Shown: positions 12,517-25,189, numbered from the whole stretch's first letter. The stretch is DNA of 63,050 nucleotides, filler included, from Olpidium bornovanus S191 (GCA_017911155.1; 34 parts of 34 records of this genome joined end to end with filler, not necessarily neighbours in it); one strand, 5' to 3'. Notes: a model not told the origin generated them from the sequence alone. Numbers and translations: made by a program.

Positions 12517-13448
12517 GCATCGCGCGCGACTGCGTCTTTTATTTTTTTTTTTGTTTTTGCAGCCCCGGGCGTACGTTTATTTTCCCTCTCTCTCCCTCTT
12601 TCTCTCCCTCTCTCTCCCTCTTTCTCTCTCCTTCCTTCATTGCCGGCCCCGCGCGCGCCCGCCCCTTTTTTTTTTTTTTTTTTTTTTTTGCGGTCGCCCT
12701 TATCTTTTTTTTTTCTGCGTGAGCGGACGTTAAGAATGTTGTCATATCTGGGGGGTTGGGCCCGCTCACGTGACCGGGACCCGGAANNNNNNNNNNNNNN
12801 NNNNNNNNNNNNNNNNNNNNNNNNNNNNNNTTAATTAATTAANNNNNNNNNNNNNNNNNNNNNNNNNNNNNNNNNNNNNNNNNNNNCAAAGAAAACGCCG
12901 AGGTCTAGCGAATATTCGACGAGCAGAATTCCACAAACCTTCGGTAGGTTCCAGGAACAATTTGCGATGTCCCCTTTACAATATCGTGGAGATAATACCC
13001 TCCATGAACAATTATCTTCCAGAAAGTTTTAACAAAATTAGGTTAAGGTGAGTGGGGTTAGGTGGGGTTGAGCGTGGCCCGCCGGGGAAAATGTTGAATA
13101 TGGACGAGGAGGAACAGGGAAAGGTTGCGCCTGGAGTAAAACCCGTCCCGTCCCGAAACCCGACCACTCGAGATACGTTGCAGGGCGTCATGGCGGGCGA
13201 CAACGTCACGTAAGCGTCTGCAGGGCAGAACCCTCCCCCTTCCCACGGCTACTCCGGCTTCGGTTTTCGCCCGGGCCGGGTGCCCGCGAGGAAGGTAGCA
13301 GCGCTCGCTCTCCCCGCGTCTGGGAGAACCAAAGCCGAAGCGCGCCCTATCCGGAGCCGGGATGTCGGCGTTGTTGCCCGACGATTGCGGTAATTGCTTA
13401 ACCTTCCGTCCTCGGGACCTGCACCGCTGGTTTTCCGTGGGAAAACAG

Positions 13449-13969
13449 GAACGTCATCGAGTTTTTCCACGTCTGCGAGAAGTTGAAGGCAAGAGGCCTT
13501 TCGGAATACCTTGAGTCTCGCGGAGTGACGTCGGGTTCGGCCCGTGGATACCTGACTGTGGCCGCGCATCTGCCCGGAGACAGAGGACGAAGCGGACGGG
13601 CTGGATCGAGAACGGCGTGTCGAATCCGGAGAGCGTCGGCGATCACATGCACCGGATGGCCGTAATGGCTCTCTTGGTGGACGACCCGGAGATCGATAGG
13701 GCTCGGTGCGTGGTCCTGTTTTATGGGGAAACTTCTTTTCCTTTTTCGCGTCGGCTGTTCCAGTTCCTGCGAGTGCTGTGCATCCTCTGCTGGATTGCAA
13801 CGGAGTAACAGTCGCGGCCGCGTGCGACGCGATCGCTGGTCGGTGCCTGCAAGTTCGTTCGTTGAGAAGTAAATCTTTCCGTGACGTTAACACCTGGCTG
13901 GCACGCCCCGTTTCCTCCAACAGGTGCGTGAAAATGGCCGTCGTGCACGATCTTGCAGAAGCCATTGTG
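13449..13969 (+). CDS. HD-domain 5'-deoxynucleotidase (HDDC2/YBR242W-like), partial; exons about 13449-13488, 13584-13705, 13924-13969
   Basis: NVIEFFHVCEKLK-RTKRTGWIENGVSNPESVGDHMHRMAVMAL...R-CVKMAVVHDLAEAIV. Confidence 0.88.
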
Positions 13970-15579
13970 GTAAGTGATATATGATGAAAGACTATTACTC
14001 TTCATGNNNNNNNNNNNNNNNNNNNNNNNNNNNNNNNNNNNNNNNNNNNNTTAATTAATTAANNNNNNNNNNNNNNNNNNNNNNNNNNNNNNNNNNNNNN
14101 NNNNNNATGTTTGCCCCTTTGCAAGTGGCTTGCGAATCATCGTGGGTCCGTTACGCCGGCGTTCGCATACGGCAATTACGGGTGGGACGCAGGCGCGCTT
14201 TTCTAAAGAATAGCTAAGAGCTCATGACAGGGACGACGGACGGGGCGCGGACGACGCAGGATGGGGAAAGACGGGAGCGACGGCTTTTACGGTGTTATAC
14301 GGATACGCAGGACCTGGTGTTTGTTTTTTGAAAGAAAAATGGACGTGGCCTGCGTTGTATCCCCGTCATCCTAAAAAAAACTCGTTGTCGCAGAGCGAGA
14401 ACCGGTTATTGCCGTCTAAACCCCGTCTTTTCTTATAGAAACACCTGCGGTATTACGTGCGGGTATTCGCTTAACCGTTGTCTAAATGCTGTGAATTGTG
14501 CCCGCATTCTCCGTTTTTTAAATGCGGTCTTTTTATTTTTTTTTCGTACTTTATTTTTTGTTTGTTCCTCATTCCTTCTCTCTTTTTTCTCTTTTTTTTC
14601 TCTTTTTTCTTTTTTTGGCCTTTTCTTCTTTTTTTGGCCTTTTTTTCTTTTTTATTTTCTTTCCTTTTTTGTTTTCCTTTTACTTCTACTATTCTTTGTC
14701 TTCCTTTGCTTTTATTCCTTTTTTTTGTCTTTCGCTCCGTTTTTCCATTCCTTTTTTATCTTTTCATTTTCTTTTCTTTTTGTTTTCCTTTTTTTATTTT
14801 TATTTTTTTTTTCTTTTCTCATTTTTTTTTCTGTTTTTCCCCATTTTATTGATTTTTCCTTTCTCTTTTCTTTCTCGGCCTTCCCTTTCGTTCTTTTTCT
14901 GCTGTCCCCCGTTTTCGCCGCTGACCGTCATCACCGTTTTCCCTGCCGCTCTGTGGGGCGCCTACGTCGTTCCCCCTCTCCCTTGTCCCCGTCATCCCCG
15001 CCCTCCGTCGACCCCGCTCCCTGGAATCTTCCGTGTCCGTCGATAGGCTTTGCACGCCAAACGCCATAAACGCTGTGCCCGTCGACCCCGTTATCCCCTT
15101 CGTCCTATCATCCCCGTCGTCCCCGTCTTCCCCGTCTTCCCCGTCTTCCCCGCCCTCCATTGTCCCCGTTATACTAGAGCTCCCCACGCCGCCAAGGCTG
15201 CGAATGACCGGAGGGGAGAACGTGAGTCAGAGAAAGTGGCTGAAGTGTGACGGGTGAGCGCTCTGCCGGCGCGGCAGCGGCATAGAAAGAGAGAAAGAGG
15301 AGGAGTCAGACAGACGGAGCAGACCTTTGCACCCCTGTGGCCACCGTAGAGACTCGCGCATGATCACTGACACCGTGGGAGTCAAGAGGGTCACACAAGG
15401 TGGTCGGGGGATCCGCAACACTTTTGTCTAAGGGAGTATCTGATGACGGGAGCTTACGTTCCGCGTTCGTTGGTCTATCNNNNNNNNNNNNNNNNNNNNN
15501 NNNNNNNNNNNNNNNNNNNNNNNTTAATTAATTAANNNNNNNNNNNNNNNNNNNNNNNNNNNNNNNNNNNNNNNNNNNN

Positions 15580-17478
15580 AGTCATCGGCTGCCCGAACCG
15601 CAAAACTAGTCAGATGCTACATTCACACGCGTCCGCGAGTGGGTAAGAAGAAGCCCTCTCGCACACCTCCCAAACATACGGTCGTACCTTCCAGGGCATG
15701 CTGCACGGCTCTCGTCTGATCGTCGTTCAGGTCCGGCGAGCCCTCGTAACGGTCGCGCGCGGAGAACTTGGGCTCCTCCAAATCCACCACCAGACGCCTG
15801 CGCTTTGCATCCCCTCCCTCGATAAAGAGGTTTATGAGGTTGTGCCGGGCGAGGGTCATGCCGCCGCACATTTCGTCCTTATCGATGCGGTACGTGACTT
15901 CTCCCGGCACGTCCCGCATCCTCCGCTTGGAAGAAAGCACCGAGTCCGGTGCTGGGGACCGCCGTTGCAGCGGGTTCGCTGCCGGGGGTTCGATCTCGAC
16001 TATTGGACAGAACCTCTGCCACGAGACCGGGTCGAAACCAGGCATCCGCTGCGGCGCCCCGTGCAACGGCCGGTTGAGGGTGACGGTGACGCTCGACAAG
16101 TCCACCGCCACGACGAAGCCGGTTGCCAAAGCGTACTGGCCCGTGTTCGTCGACACCACGATCGGATCTCCGACGCCCAGGTGAGACCCTAAGAAGCCCT
16201 TGCTCGCCGTTACGGGGGTCAGGAAGCCGCCTTCAAATTCCGCCGAGCGCTTGAAGCGATATTGAAATTTCCCGAATACGTCCTTTGTGGCGGACGGGTC
16301 CAGCCCGGTCGCGTCCTCGCCGTCATTCTCTTTCTCGTCGTCATCTGCGAGACTTACGTTGCTGAGACAGCTGTTGAAATTTACCCGCTTTTCAGCCTTC
16401 TGTGCATGGCAAATTCCTGAAAAAAAAAACGAAACGGAATCTTACTCTCCGAGCTTCTCCCGCTCCTGCCCCGAGATGCACCAGATCTCCTTCCGTCCGT
16501 TGTACATATCCGATTCCTCGAGGAGCAAGTATTTGTCCCATTCCCGGAAAAATTTCGCGTGCTTCTCCGTGATATGGTTCGTCCTGGCCTCGAATATGTC
16601 CCGCAAGCCGCTTGAGTCGGCAGTGCCATCCTCGGTAGCCTTCGCGAGCCAACGTTTGCGACAAACTCCGTTCATAAGCAAGTGGGGCCAGATGCAGTGC
16701 GCAGCGAGCCCGGCGGGAACCAAAAAAAAAAACGCTGACGCGCCGAAGTGCCGCTCACAGCTGACCTTGTGATAGACCAAACAGGTGTCCAGCGAGAAGC
16801 ACCTCTGACAAGAATGGAAGGTCCGCTTCATTGCCGGCAGGGTTTCTTTGTTTGTCAAATATGAAGCCACCTCATTTCGGATGCTGATAAGCCCGCGAAG
16901 CTCATTTCGCATTGCCGGAACCCGGATGAAATCGCCTGTCTGCGTGTAGAACAGATACCCGGCTCCCACTTCGACGTCTGTTTTCGTTCGACCACACCGA
17001 CGGATCCGAGATCAGGTCCCCTATCTTTGGTACGCGACAACTTTGCGGGTATGGACTCTCCCATCGGCAAAATGGGCCGCGCCATCCATAGCACGCCACC
17101 GTACGTGTCTTCGACTCACCATACCGGTCGCTCATCATGAGCGCATACAGCATCGTCTGGGCCCGATGAGCGACGTGGGTGACGCTCTTGCCGGTCTTGA
17201 TCTCGAGCGGGGCGGCGGTCCTGCGGAGCCGGGCCTGACTCTGCCGACGGGAAGAGTCCCACGGTCCCCTCCCGGCGTTCCTTTTCGGCTCACGTTGCCG
17301 CACCTCCACAGTCGCGTCGATCTGGCCTTTTAAGCCGTACATCGGCGACCAGACGTTTTCCTCGATGTCGACCACCGCGCCGATACAAACCGGCTCGTTC
17401 GCGTTGGACGGGAGTGTGCGGTCCTCGGTGACGTACGCATCGCCCTATCCGGCGTTCGCACAGCGTACCCGTTGCATG
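15580..17478 (-). CDS. DNA2: DNA2 nuclease/helicase, internal multi-exon fragment
   Basis: DIEENVWSPMYGLKGQIDATV, PLEIKTG, HRAQTMLY, C-x2-C...C Fe-S cysteines, LNDDQTRAV leading into helicase motif I. Confidence 0.95.
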
Positions 17479-17599
17479 NNNNNNNNNNNNNNNNNNNNNN
17501 NNNNNNNNNNNNNNNNNNNNNNTTAATTAATTAANNNNNNNNNNNNNNNNNNNNNNNNNNNNNNNNNNNNNNNNNNNNAAATTGGTTCGATTTATAGTT

Positions 17600-18420
17600 G
17601 TATAAATAGCCTTGACGTAGCTGATCTGACTAACGCAAAGGATTTTTCTCCCCTTGTCTCTTGTCACTTCCATTCCGAGAGTGCAACCGTCAGACATGTT
17701 AAACCTTCCGGAAAGGGCCGCAACCAACCAATCACGGACGACAAAGCTGCGCACGTGGAAGTTACGTTTATGCGGTAAGCCACGGTCTCGGGCATTAACA
17801 ATGCCGTCTCCGACCCAGCTTCCTTCACCAGCTCCTTTAGCGGTTGGTTTTGGTAATGATGTTCTCATCTTGCTAGATGTTGACATTGGAAAGTTATTTC
17901 CCATCTTGGATGTACACCCTGGAATGCCGTGTGGTTAGTTTTCGTGCTGTCAACGCGAAAAACGGCGAGTGGGTCTGTCATAACGGTATCACAAGCGTGT
18001 GATCCCCGTGCCGCTTCTTCTGATTTGCTTGCAAGTTTTGGTCCGCTTGTTTGCAGGAACGTGTGTCCAGGCTTTATATCCGAGCGGCCTCAAATTTGAA
18101 ACATTTTTGTGTCAAAAAAAAACGCGCACAGAGAGCCTTGGGAAATCCACCGCGATTTCCGACGTACGCTGCTTGTCTCGGCCGCAAATGGGCACATACT
18201 TTTTGTCACTCCTGCTTGAAGCCATCTGAGCTTTCGTGGTCTCGAAAGGGCTTCGATGTTGGTTTTTTTTCTCTCTGCTCCCCCAAGTCTCCTGGAGAGA
18301 CAGGAGCAGTTGCGACGCGGTTGTGCTTCTTGCTGATCTAAATACTTCTTGAGGGCACCGGAGGTGTACCGCTTGCAGCTTGCGATTTTGTGGCTCGCTC
18401 CACTATCTAAGCTTGAACTT
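17600..18420 (-). mobile_element. Degenerate Ty1/copia remnant (protease and RT fragments)
   Basis: LDSGASH protease-like motif near 18385-18410; LSGRFNMSD...LGMEVTRDKGRKILCVSQISYVKAI RT block near 17600-17720; frames broken between them. Confidence 0.65.
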
Positions 18421-18761
18421 TCCTTGAACAAATGTGGAGCGTGATTTTGCTGAGAAACGCCCCGACTCCAGCGGTGCAAATCCGCGGGACCGACAGCCAG
18501 ACAGGTGTCGCGGCCAATTGCGCCCAGAACGGGATGTCAGGGAGCAAACTTTGGGTTCACCGCGACGGATATTCGGAACTTCCCCAGAACGATGAAACAA
18601 ATGATAACGGTGCGCAAGGACTCTTGGAGGAATTTTGAAGGTCAGGTTCCCATCATCGTCATCATCTTCCCTGCGGAGTCCGATAAGCCTTTGTGTAACA
18701 CGCAGGGTCAAAAAGTGATTCGATTTCAATCGGAATTCGGAACCTTTTAAAGCGTGTTTTT

Positions 18762-18851
18762 ACTTCAGCCTTCTAGCTATTGGAAGTGAGTGCACTTCAG
18801 CTTTCTAGTTATCGGAAATGCGTGCACTTCAGCTGTTTGGCTATCGGAAGT
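18762..18851. repeat. 32-bp tandem repeat x3
   Basis: ACTTCAGC(C/T)TTCTAG(C/T)TAT(T/C)GGAA... at 18762, 18794, 18826. Confidence 0.9.
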
Positions 18852-18917
18852 AGGGTTGTGTGGATCCAATGAATCTACATCCAACCACCGGGCAATGATG
18901 TCTATTTATACCCGCAG

Positions 18918-19292
18918 GCGGGGCGCCATGGTCGTTGCGCGCGGGCATGACGCCATGGTCGCTGCGCGCGGGCATGGCGCGCTGGCATGGCGCGCGGGCG
19001 GGGCGCCATGGTCGCTGCACGCGGGCATGGCGCCATGGTCGCTCCCTTCGTGGGCTGGTCCAGCCCCGCGCGGGTGATTCTTGCCCCGCGGAGGCGGTTC
19101 TTGGCCCGCGGGAGCGGGACTTGCTCCGCATGGGTGGGTCATTGGCCCGCGGGGGCGGGACTTTGTTCCGCATGGGCGGGTTTTTGGCCCGCGGGGGCGG
19201 GACTTGTTCCGCATGGGCGGGTCTTGTCCCGCGGGGGCGGGATTTGTTCCGCGCGGGCGGGTTTTGCCCCGCGGTTGTAGGTCTTGTCCCGC
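18918..19292. repeat. Two adjacent GC-rich tandem arrays (about 26-bp unit, then about 20/41-bp unit)
   Basis: GGCGCCATGGTCGCTGCGCGCGGGCAT-like units at 18918-19043; TTGGCCCGCGGGGGCGGGAC/TTGTTCCGCATGGGCGGG units at 19065-19292. Confidence 0.9.
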
Positions 19293-19819
19293 GCACTGGG
19301 GGGGTGGAACACGTGGGGGGTGTCCCCCTGNNNNNNNNNNNNNNNNNNNNNNNNNNNNNNNNNNNNNNNNNNNNTTAATTAATTAANNNNNNNNNNNNNN
19401 NNNNNNNNNNNNNNNNNNNNNNNNNNNNNNCCCCCCCCCCCCCCCCCCCACGCCTGCTGCCTCGGATTTTCGTTGCGTGTGTGTGTGTGTGAGTGGGCTG
19501 AGATGGGCGGCATGAGGTTTTTGCCTGTGAGGGTTTCCCTCCGCGCGCTCGTTCCCCCCCGCCCGATGGCGGCGCCCGGGCGCCGAGGGTGCCGCGCCCG
19601 CGCCCCCCCTACAAAAACAGGGCCCCCCTCTTGAAAAAAAAAACCCGGGGGGGGGGGGGGGGGGGGGGGGGAGAAGGGAATTCAGCGGACGTCCTCGAAT
19701 GAAAAGGGGCGTTCTGCACGGCGCTCCGCGTCATCCGGTCGTAAACGTGGAGTGGGGAGGCGAAAAGGGGGGGGGGGTAGTTGAGAAAAAAAAAACAAGC
19801 AAAAACGCGACGGACTCAC

Positions 19820-20464
19820 TAGAGGAAGACGTATAACGTGCTCGCGCCGCTGGTGAAGAAGCTCCTCCACCACCAGTTGTAGTCCTCGGCGCACAGGTGG
19901 AAGTAGCACAGGAGGATGGTGACCTCCGAGCAGGTGATCACGAGGATGACGAACACCAGCGCCGCGAAGCCGAACAGGTAGTACAGCTGGTTGCCCCACA
20001 CGGAGTTCATGATGAAGTAGAGCTCGATAAATATGGCGCCGAAGGGCAGGATCCCGCCCATCATCATCGACGGGATCAACCGGAGGTAAAACACCTGCTC
20101 GGGAACCTGGCGCGGAATCTGGTTGGTGCGGACGGGGTTCTCGATGCGCTGTGAGAGAGAGAGGAAACATAAAAAAAGAAAACAAAAAAAGAACAACGGG
20201 AGTCATCGACGATGCCGGGGCAAAAGAGCCGCCGAGTCTTTTTGGCCGGCTTTCACCAAGACGATCACTCTGGCCCGCCAAAAACCCGCCCCCCTTCAGT
20301 TTACCGGTTTTTTGAACCCGAAATACGAGCCGACGAAACTCGACGGGGCGGAGATGATCAGCCAAAGCCCGATCACCGCGAACATGGTTCCGACGGGAAC
20401 GGCGGCGGAAGAATTTGCGCCGATGAGGAAGAAGTTTAGGAAGAGGAACATGAAGAAGATGAGT
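19820..20464 (-). CDS. Nonaspanin (TM9SF/EMP70 family), internal exons
   Basis: [52 protein letters not shown]. Confidence 0.96.
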
Positions 20465-20650
20465 CTGAGTGGAAAGAAAAGGGGAGAGCGAGAGAGGGAG
20501 AGTCACGGGGACCCGTCAGCGCGCCGAGCCCGCTGGTTTCCCGACGCTCGCGTTACGCGGCGCGCCACCGGAAGCAGGAAAAAAAAAAGCCCGCTGTTTT
20601 TCCGACACTCGCATTACGCGGCCGCGCAGCCGGAAGCAGAAAAAAAGGGG

Positions 20651-20701
<51 letters not shown>

Positions 20702-20980
20702 GGGGGGGGGGGGGGGGAGAAGCAGNNNNNNNNNNNNNNNNNNNNNNNNNNNNNNNNNNNNNNNNNNNNTTAATTAATTAANNNNNNNNNNNNNNNNNNN
20801 NNNNNNNNNNNNNNNNNNNNNNNNNCATGACTCGGAAGCTTGTGACCTATTTCCCTCCGAACACCGTAAACCTCATCGGCGGAGAGCTTTGACGCAACGA
20901 AGCCGGGGAGGCGGCTGGCCGGACGCTGCATCAGGGGAGATAGATAGGCCGCGGTGCGCTGGTACGCGCGAGACGCGGCG

Positions 20981-23145
20981 ATGTCCGACGCCGCCGCCGA
21001 GCAGGTGCCGCATGACGGTGCCGAGAATGTGCGTGCCGCAGTTGAAACAGGCGCCCGCGAAGGGAACGGCGCTGGCGCCGTCCCGGATAAGTGTGGCGCG
21101 CGTCACCCGAAGCCGCGGTTTCGGCCGCTCAGACCCGGTACGAGCTGTCCTCCGGAGCCGCCGTTGACGGCGTCTTTTTCTCTCTGGCGGCGTTGCGTGC
21201 GCGCGTCTTGGCTCGGCAGTATTTACTCGTTTGGAAATTAATCGTTTGCCCCCCCCCCCCCACCCCGTCTTTAAAAGAGGAGCTCGCGGGGAAAATGTTC
21301 CAGCTCCTGGGCGTGCCGCCATCCGTCGTCCTGGAAAAGCCGAGGCCGAGGCCGAGTCCTAATGTCCGGTCTAGCCAATGGTGACTTTTTTTTTGTCGCT
21401 CATAACCTCGTTGACCATTGATTATCAGGACATTCAATCTTTTTATTCCTTTTTTTTTTTTGCTTGCGTAACAGGGCGTGGCGGGGCTTCCGCAGCTCGG
21501 CGCGAGACGACGGTTCTGTCTTCTTCCACTGGGTCAAGGTGCAGGAGGCCGGGGAGGGCGCGGGCCTGGCGCGCAAAAAGACGAGCGAGCCGGACAACGG
21601 CCACTACTTCGCGAAATTCAACAAGGTCGTCGACGTGCCCGAGTACACCGACCGGGAGTACGACGACCTGCTGCGGGACCCGGAGTGGACAAAAGAGGAA
21701 ACGGACCTGCTGTTTTCGCTCTGCCGGCGGTTCGACCTCAGGTTCGTCGTGATAGCCGACAGGTTCGAGCCCCCGCCGGACAGGCCCAAGCGCAGCCTCG
21801 AGGATTTGAAAGACCGGTACTATCGAGTGCTCAGCTGCTTGCTTCCGACGCGGGCCGGTAACGGTTTGGGCACTGGGAGACGCTTCCAATATGATAAGGG
21901 TACGGTGGGATTTTTTTTTGTTTCGTGGGCGGCATAATTATACCCTTCTCCCCATCCCGGCTGCGACACCGAATGTCCGCGGCGGGTTCCTCACGAACCT
22001 TTTCCCCGGGGTGACGGGAAAATTCACGGCGGCGCGGCCTTTTTTTTGGCTAGCCAGAGAAGTGGAACGAAAGCGTCGTGTCGACGTCCTGTTCTCGCGG
22101 GCGAAAGAACAGGTGGACGAGGAGGAATCGATATTCCTCGAGCTTTCTCGGCTACAGCAGCACGCGAGCAGGTACGAGCGCGACCGATCCGCGCTCCTCC
22201 ACCTGCTCCACAACCCGGACCCCAACCTCCAGGAGACCATCACGATACCCCCGTCGGCAGCCGGCCGCGGCGAGTCCCCGGGTCCCGCGCCGGCGGCCGG
22301 CGTCACGGCGGGGTTGGGCGCAGCGGGCGAGGCGGGCCGCAACCGGAAACGGCCGTGGCAGGACGTGGACGACGACCAGGCGTTGCAGACGCCGGTGAAG
22401 AAAGAACGGCGTGCGGTCGGCCCGTCGACCGGCCGCGGCGAGGAGTTCGCCACTCCGTTCGCCCAGTCGGCCGCTCCGGCGCGCTCGTCCCTGGCGGGCG
22501 GGCCGCCGCCTTCGCTTTACGAAGGGACCCCGGAAAGCTCCTCGACGACCCGCCCGGGAAGCGTCCACACGCCGGCGGAGAGGCGGATGCAGCACGGCGG
22601 TTTTCTCCGCAGCCAGAAGATTCCGCAGCCCAAGGGGTCGTTGTTCCCCAGGATAGGCGCGATCCTCTTGGAATACGGAATGCGTGAGCGCGTTTCTGTT
22701 TCTGCTTCGTTTTTATGCCGGGAGGTTTTCTTTTTCCCCGGCCCCTTCCTGCCGAGAAAAATTCTGGTGTTATGCGCCTCTCCGTCCGGCGCCCTGCGCC
22801 ATTCTGATAAAAAAAAAAAGGAAGAAGAAAAGAAGGGGGAAAGGCCGCCCCCGCTACGTCTCGTGTTAAGCCACTTCGGGGCCAGCGACTCGCAAAGCAT
22901 CGCAATGGCCTTTGATATTTTTTTTTATCTCCTGCCGAACTTTTTTTCAAACTTACCCCTGGTCTCCAGCTCGCCCGGAAGTGACCACCGCCCGGACCGC
23001 CGTCGCGTTCGAAACGCTGTATCACGACTTGCAGCAGCTGGTCGAAACCCAAAGGCTCGCGGAACGGCTCGAAACCGAGATCCAAACGTGGCGAGAGAAG
23101 ACGGCAGCTCTCGGCGCGGCGGGTGCGACCTCTGGAGCAGACGCG
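20981..23145 (+). CDS. SWC4: SWR1/NuA4 subunit Swc4/DMAP1, multi-exon; 3' end uncertain
   Basis: WRGFRSSARDDG...HWVK, FAKFNKVVDVPEYT, WTKEETDLLFSLCRRFDLRFVVIADRF, RSLEDLKDRYY (SANT domain). Confidence 0.93.
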
Positions 23146-24610
23146 GTACGCAATTTTTATTTTTATTTTTTTTTTGTTGGCACGCGTCTTCTGTTCGTAT
23201 CTCGGTTGTCAAAGAAACTCTCGAAGCCGAGAGTCCTCGTTCTCGACACTCTTTCCCGGGGTGGGTTGGCGACGTCGGTTTTCTGACCGTCTTTCCGCTG
23301 CGGGGGTGCGGCGTCTGCCGCGCGCGTTCGTCGTTCCGTACGACCGCCTGCCGGACGGCCTCCCGTCCGACAAAGCACAAGAAAGCCGGCCGAAAGAAAA
23401 GCCACTAGCCCCGCCCGAGATGGATGCTTTCCTGGCCGATTTGTGGGGATATTCGCCCATGNNNNNNNNNNNNNNNNNNNNNNNNNNNNNNNNNNNNNNN
23501 NNNNNTTAATTAATTAANNNNNNNNNNNNNNNNNNNNNNNNNNNNNNNNNNNNNNNNNNNNCATGAAGAGAGGAGGAAGGGGCGGTGATCCAGGTGCTGC
23601 AGGAGCGTTGGCCGCAGCGACGAACCCTTCGACGGCAGCCATATCCCACTGAAAAACGATCGCCGGATCGTCCTTTGTAATGCAGATGGATCCGAGGTAT
23701 TCCTGAGCGGACTGAAACGTATTCGCATTGGTTGTTTTGCTCCTGGCGCCACGGGCCTTCGGGTACTTGGGCAGTTTTACTAGAGGCATTGAGAGACGAG
23801 CGGGCCGGCCAGAAGGATGTCAGAGGAACCAACAAACAACCTGGAACGGCAGTGAGCAAGACGCCCTGAAACAGAGAGGGACAAGGTTTAGATTCTCACT
23901 CGCAAGTGTCAGTCCGTCTGGCTGCGCAGCGGACTTGTCCTCCGCCGCTGCCAGAGCAGTTTTCGAACCGTAGTTTCACGTGAGACCGGGTAGTGGAAGC
24001 CACCGGCGTGTTGAGCCACGCGCTCACGTCCATCAACACGCGTGACCTTTTGGGCGTTTCGGGAAGTTTTGCGACCTCGTTGGGCGGAAAAAAAAAGGGG
24101 TGGGGGAAGGTGGGGGGGAGGGGAGGGTGGAGAGAGGGAGAGATACGCGCCCTTTCCGTCGGGAAATTATTTCTTTTTTTTTCGGACGGGGCCGTGAAAC
24201 CTTCTGGCGCGGTTGCGAAATTCCCCGAATTTTCGATGTGACCCGTGACACGGCGTTGGTTCTATTCCAGTTCTACAGGACCCAACTTACCGGGGGGCCC
24301 GGGACCCATACAGAATTTCCGACTAGCACGCGGGCGGGGTCCGGGCGGGGCAGATGGCCAAACCGGAATTTCCAAACAGCACGCGGTCGGCCTAACGGGA
24401 TTTCAAACAACACGCCGGCGGAATCCGGGCCGCTGATGGTGGTGCCCGCGTTGAAAGCAAGCCCCCCCCGCCTGCAAAACTTTTCGAACACTTCGCTTCA
24501 CGCAGCCATTCACACCCCTTCCACATATACATCGAACACTTCGGTTGCACGCAGCACTTCGCATCCCTTCACTCATTACATCTCCCCTTAACTCGTTCGC
24601 ATCCCTCATA

Positions 24611-25189
24611 ATGCCTGGCAAAATGAGCTTCCGCGCCGCGCTGGTCGCCGCGTCTCTGGCCGCCCTCGCTGCCCTTCAGGTTACGTCTGCGCAGATTGCC
24701 AATCTCCCGCCGGAGTGCCCTCAGGAAAAAATCAAAATCCTCCTACAACCGGCCGACGTGAATGACGATGTATTGGTCGAAGTCGAGTTTGTTGACAATT
24801 CCCCAGAAAAGGCGGTCACCTGCGGCAGTGCCGCGGTCAACGAAATTTGCAAGTCTAAAGGTTTCAAAACAGCCGTCAATATCTTCCATTTGGACGGTAT
24901 TACGCAAGCCGACTGCCAGGCAGACACGCCTCCGCCACCTACCGGGCGTTTTGCCGTTTTAGCCACGGACTGCAATGAAGACCTTATCAGAGTCCTCCAC
25001 GAACCGACTGCGAAGGCCGTCGATCTCAAGATTTCAGTCCAAGTTTTCGAGGATAGTGACGAAGCTGAACGAGCCTGCGGTTTTGCCGCTGCCAAGGAAG
25101 CTTGCAAGACAAATCCACGCGCCTTCGCCACGGCCGTCCAGATCACCCAAAAAGCTGATGCTATTTTTGAAGGCCAATGCTCAGCCTGA
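24611..25189 (+). CDS. Small secreted protein with two Cys-containing repeats (effector candidate), intronless, 192 aa
   Basis: Signal-like MSFRAALVAASLAALAALQVTSA-Q; two ~72-aa repeats with 4 aligned Cys each. Confidence 0.85.
   Translation: MPGKMSFRAALVAASLAALAALQVTSAQIANLPPECPQEKIKILLQPADVNDDVLVEVEFVDNSPEKAVTCGSAAVNEICKSKGFKTAVNIFHLDGITQADCQADTPPPPTGRFAVLATDCNEDLIRVLHEPTAKAVDLKISVQVFEDSDEAERACGFAAAKEACKTNPRAFATAVQITQKADAIFEGQCSA

Noticed and set aside
12887-13220. Possible minus-strand exons (IIVHGGYYLHDIVKG) divergent from the HD gene
   Set aside because: Too short to assign; no family recognised
14520-14860. T-rich block giving Phe/Leu 'membrane' ORFs
   Set aside because: Low complexity, possibly low-quality sequence
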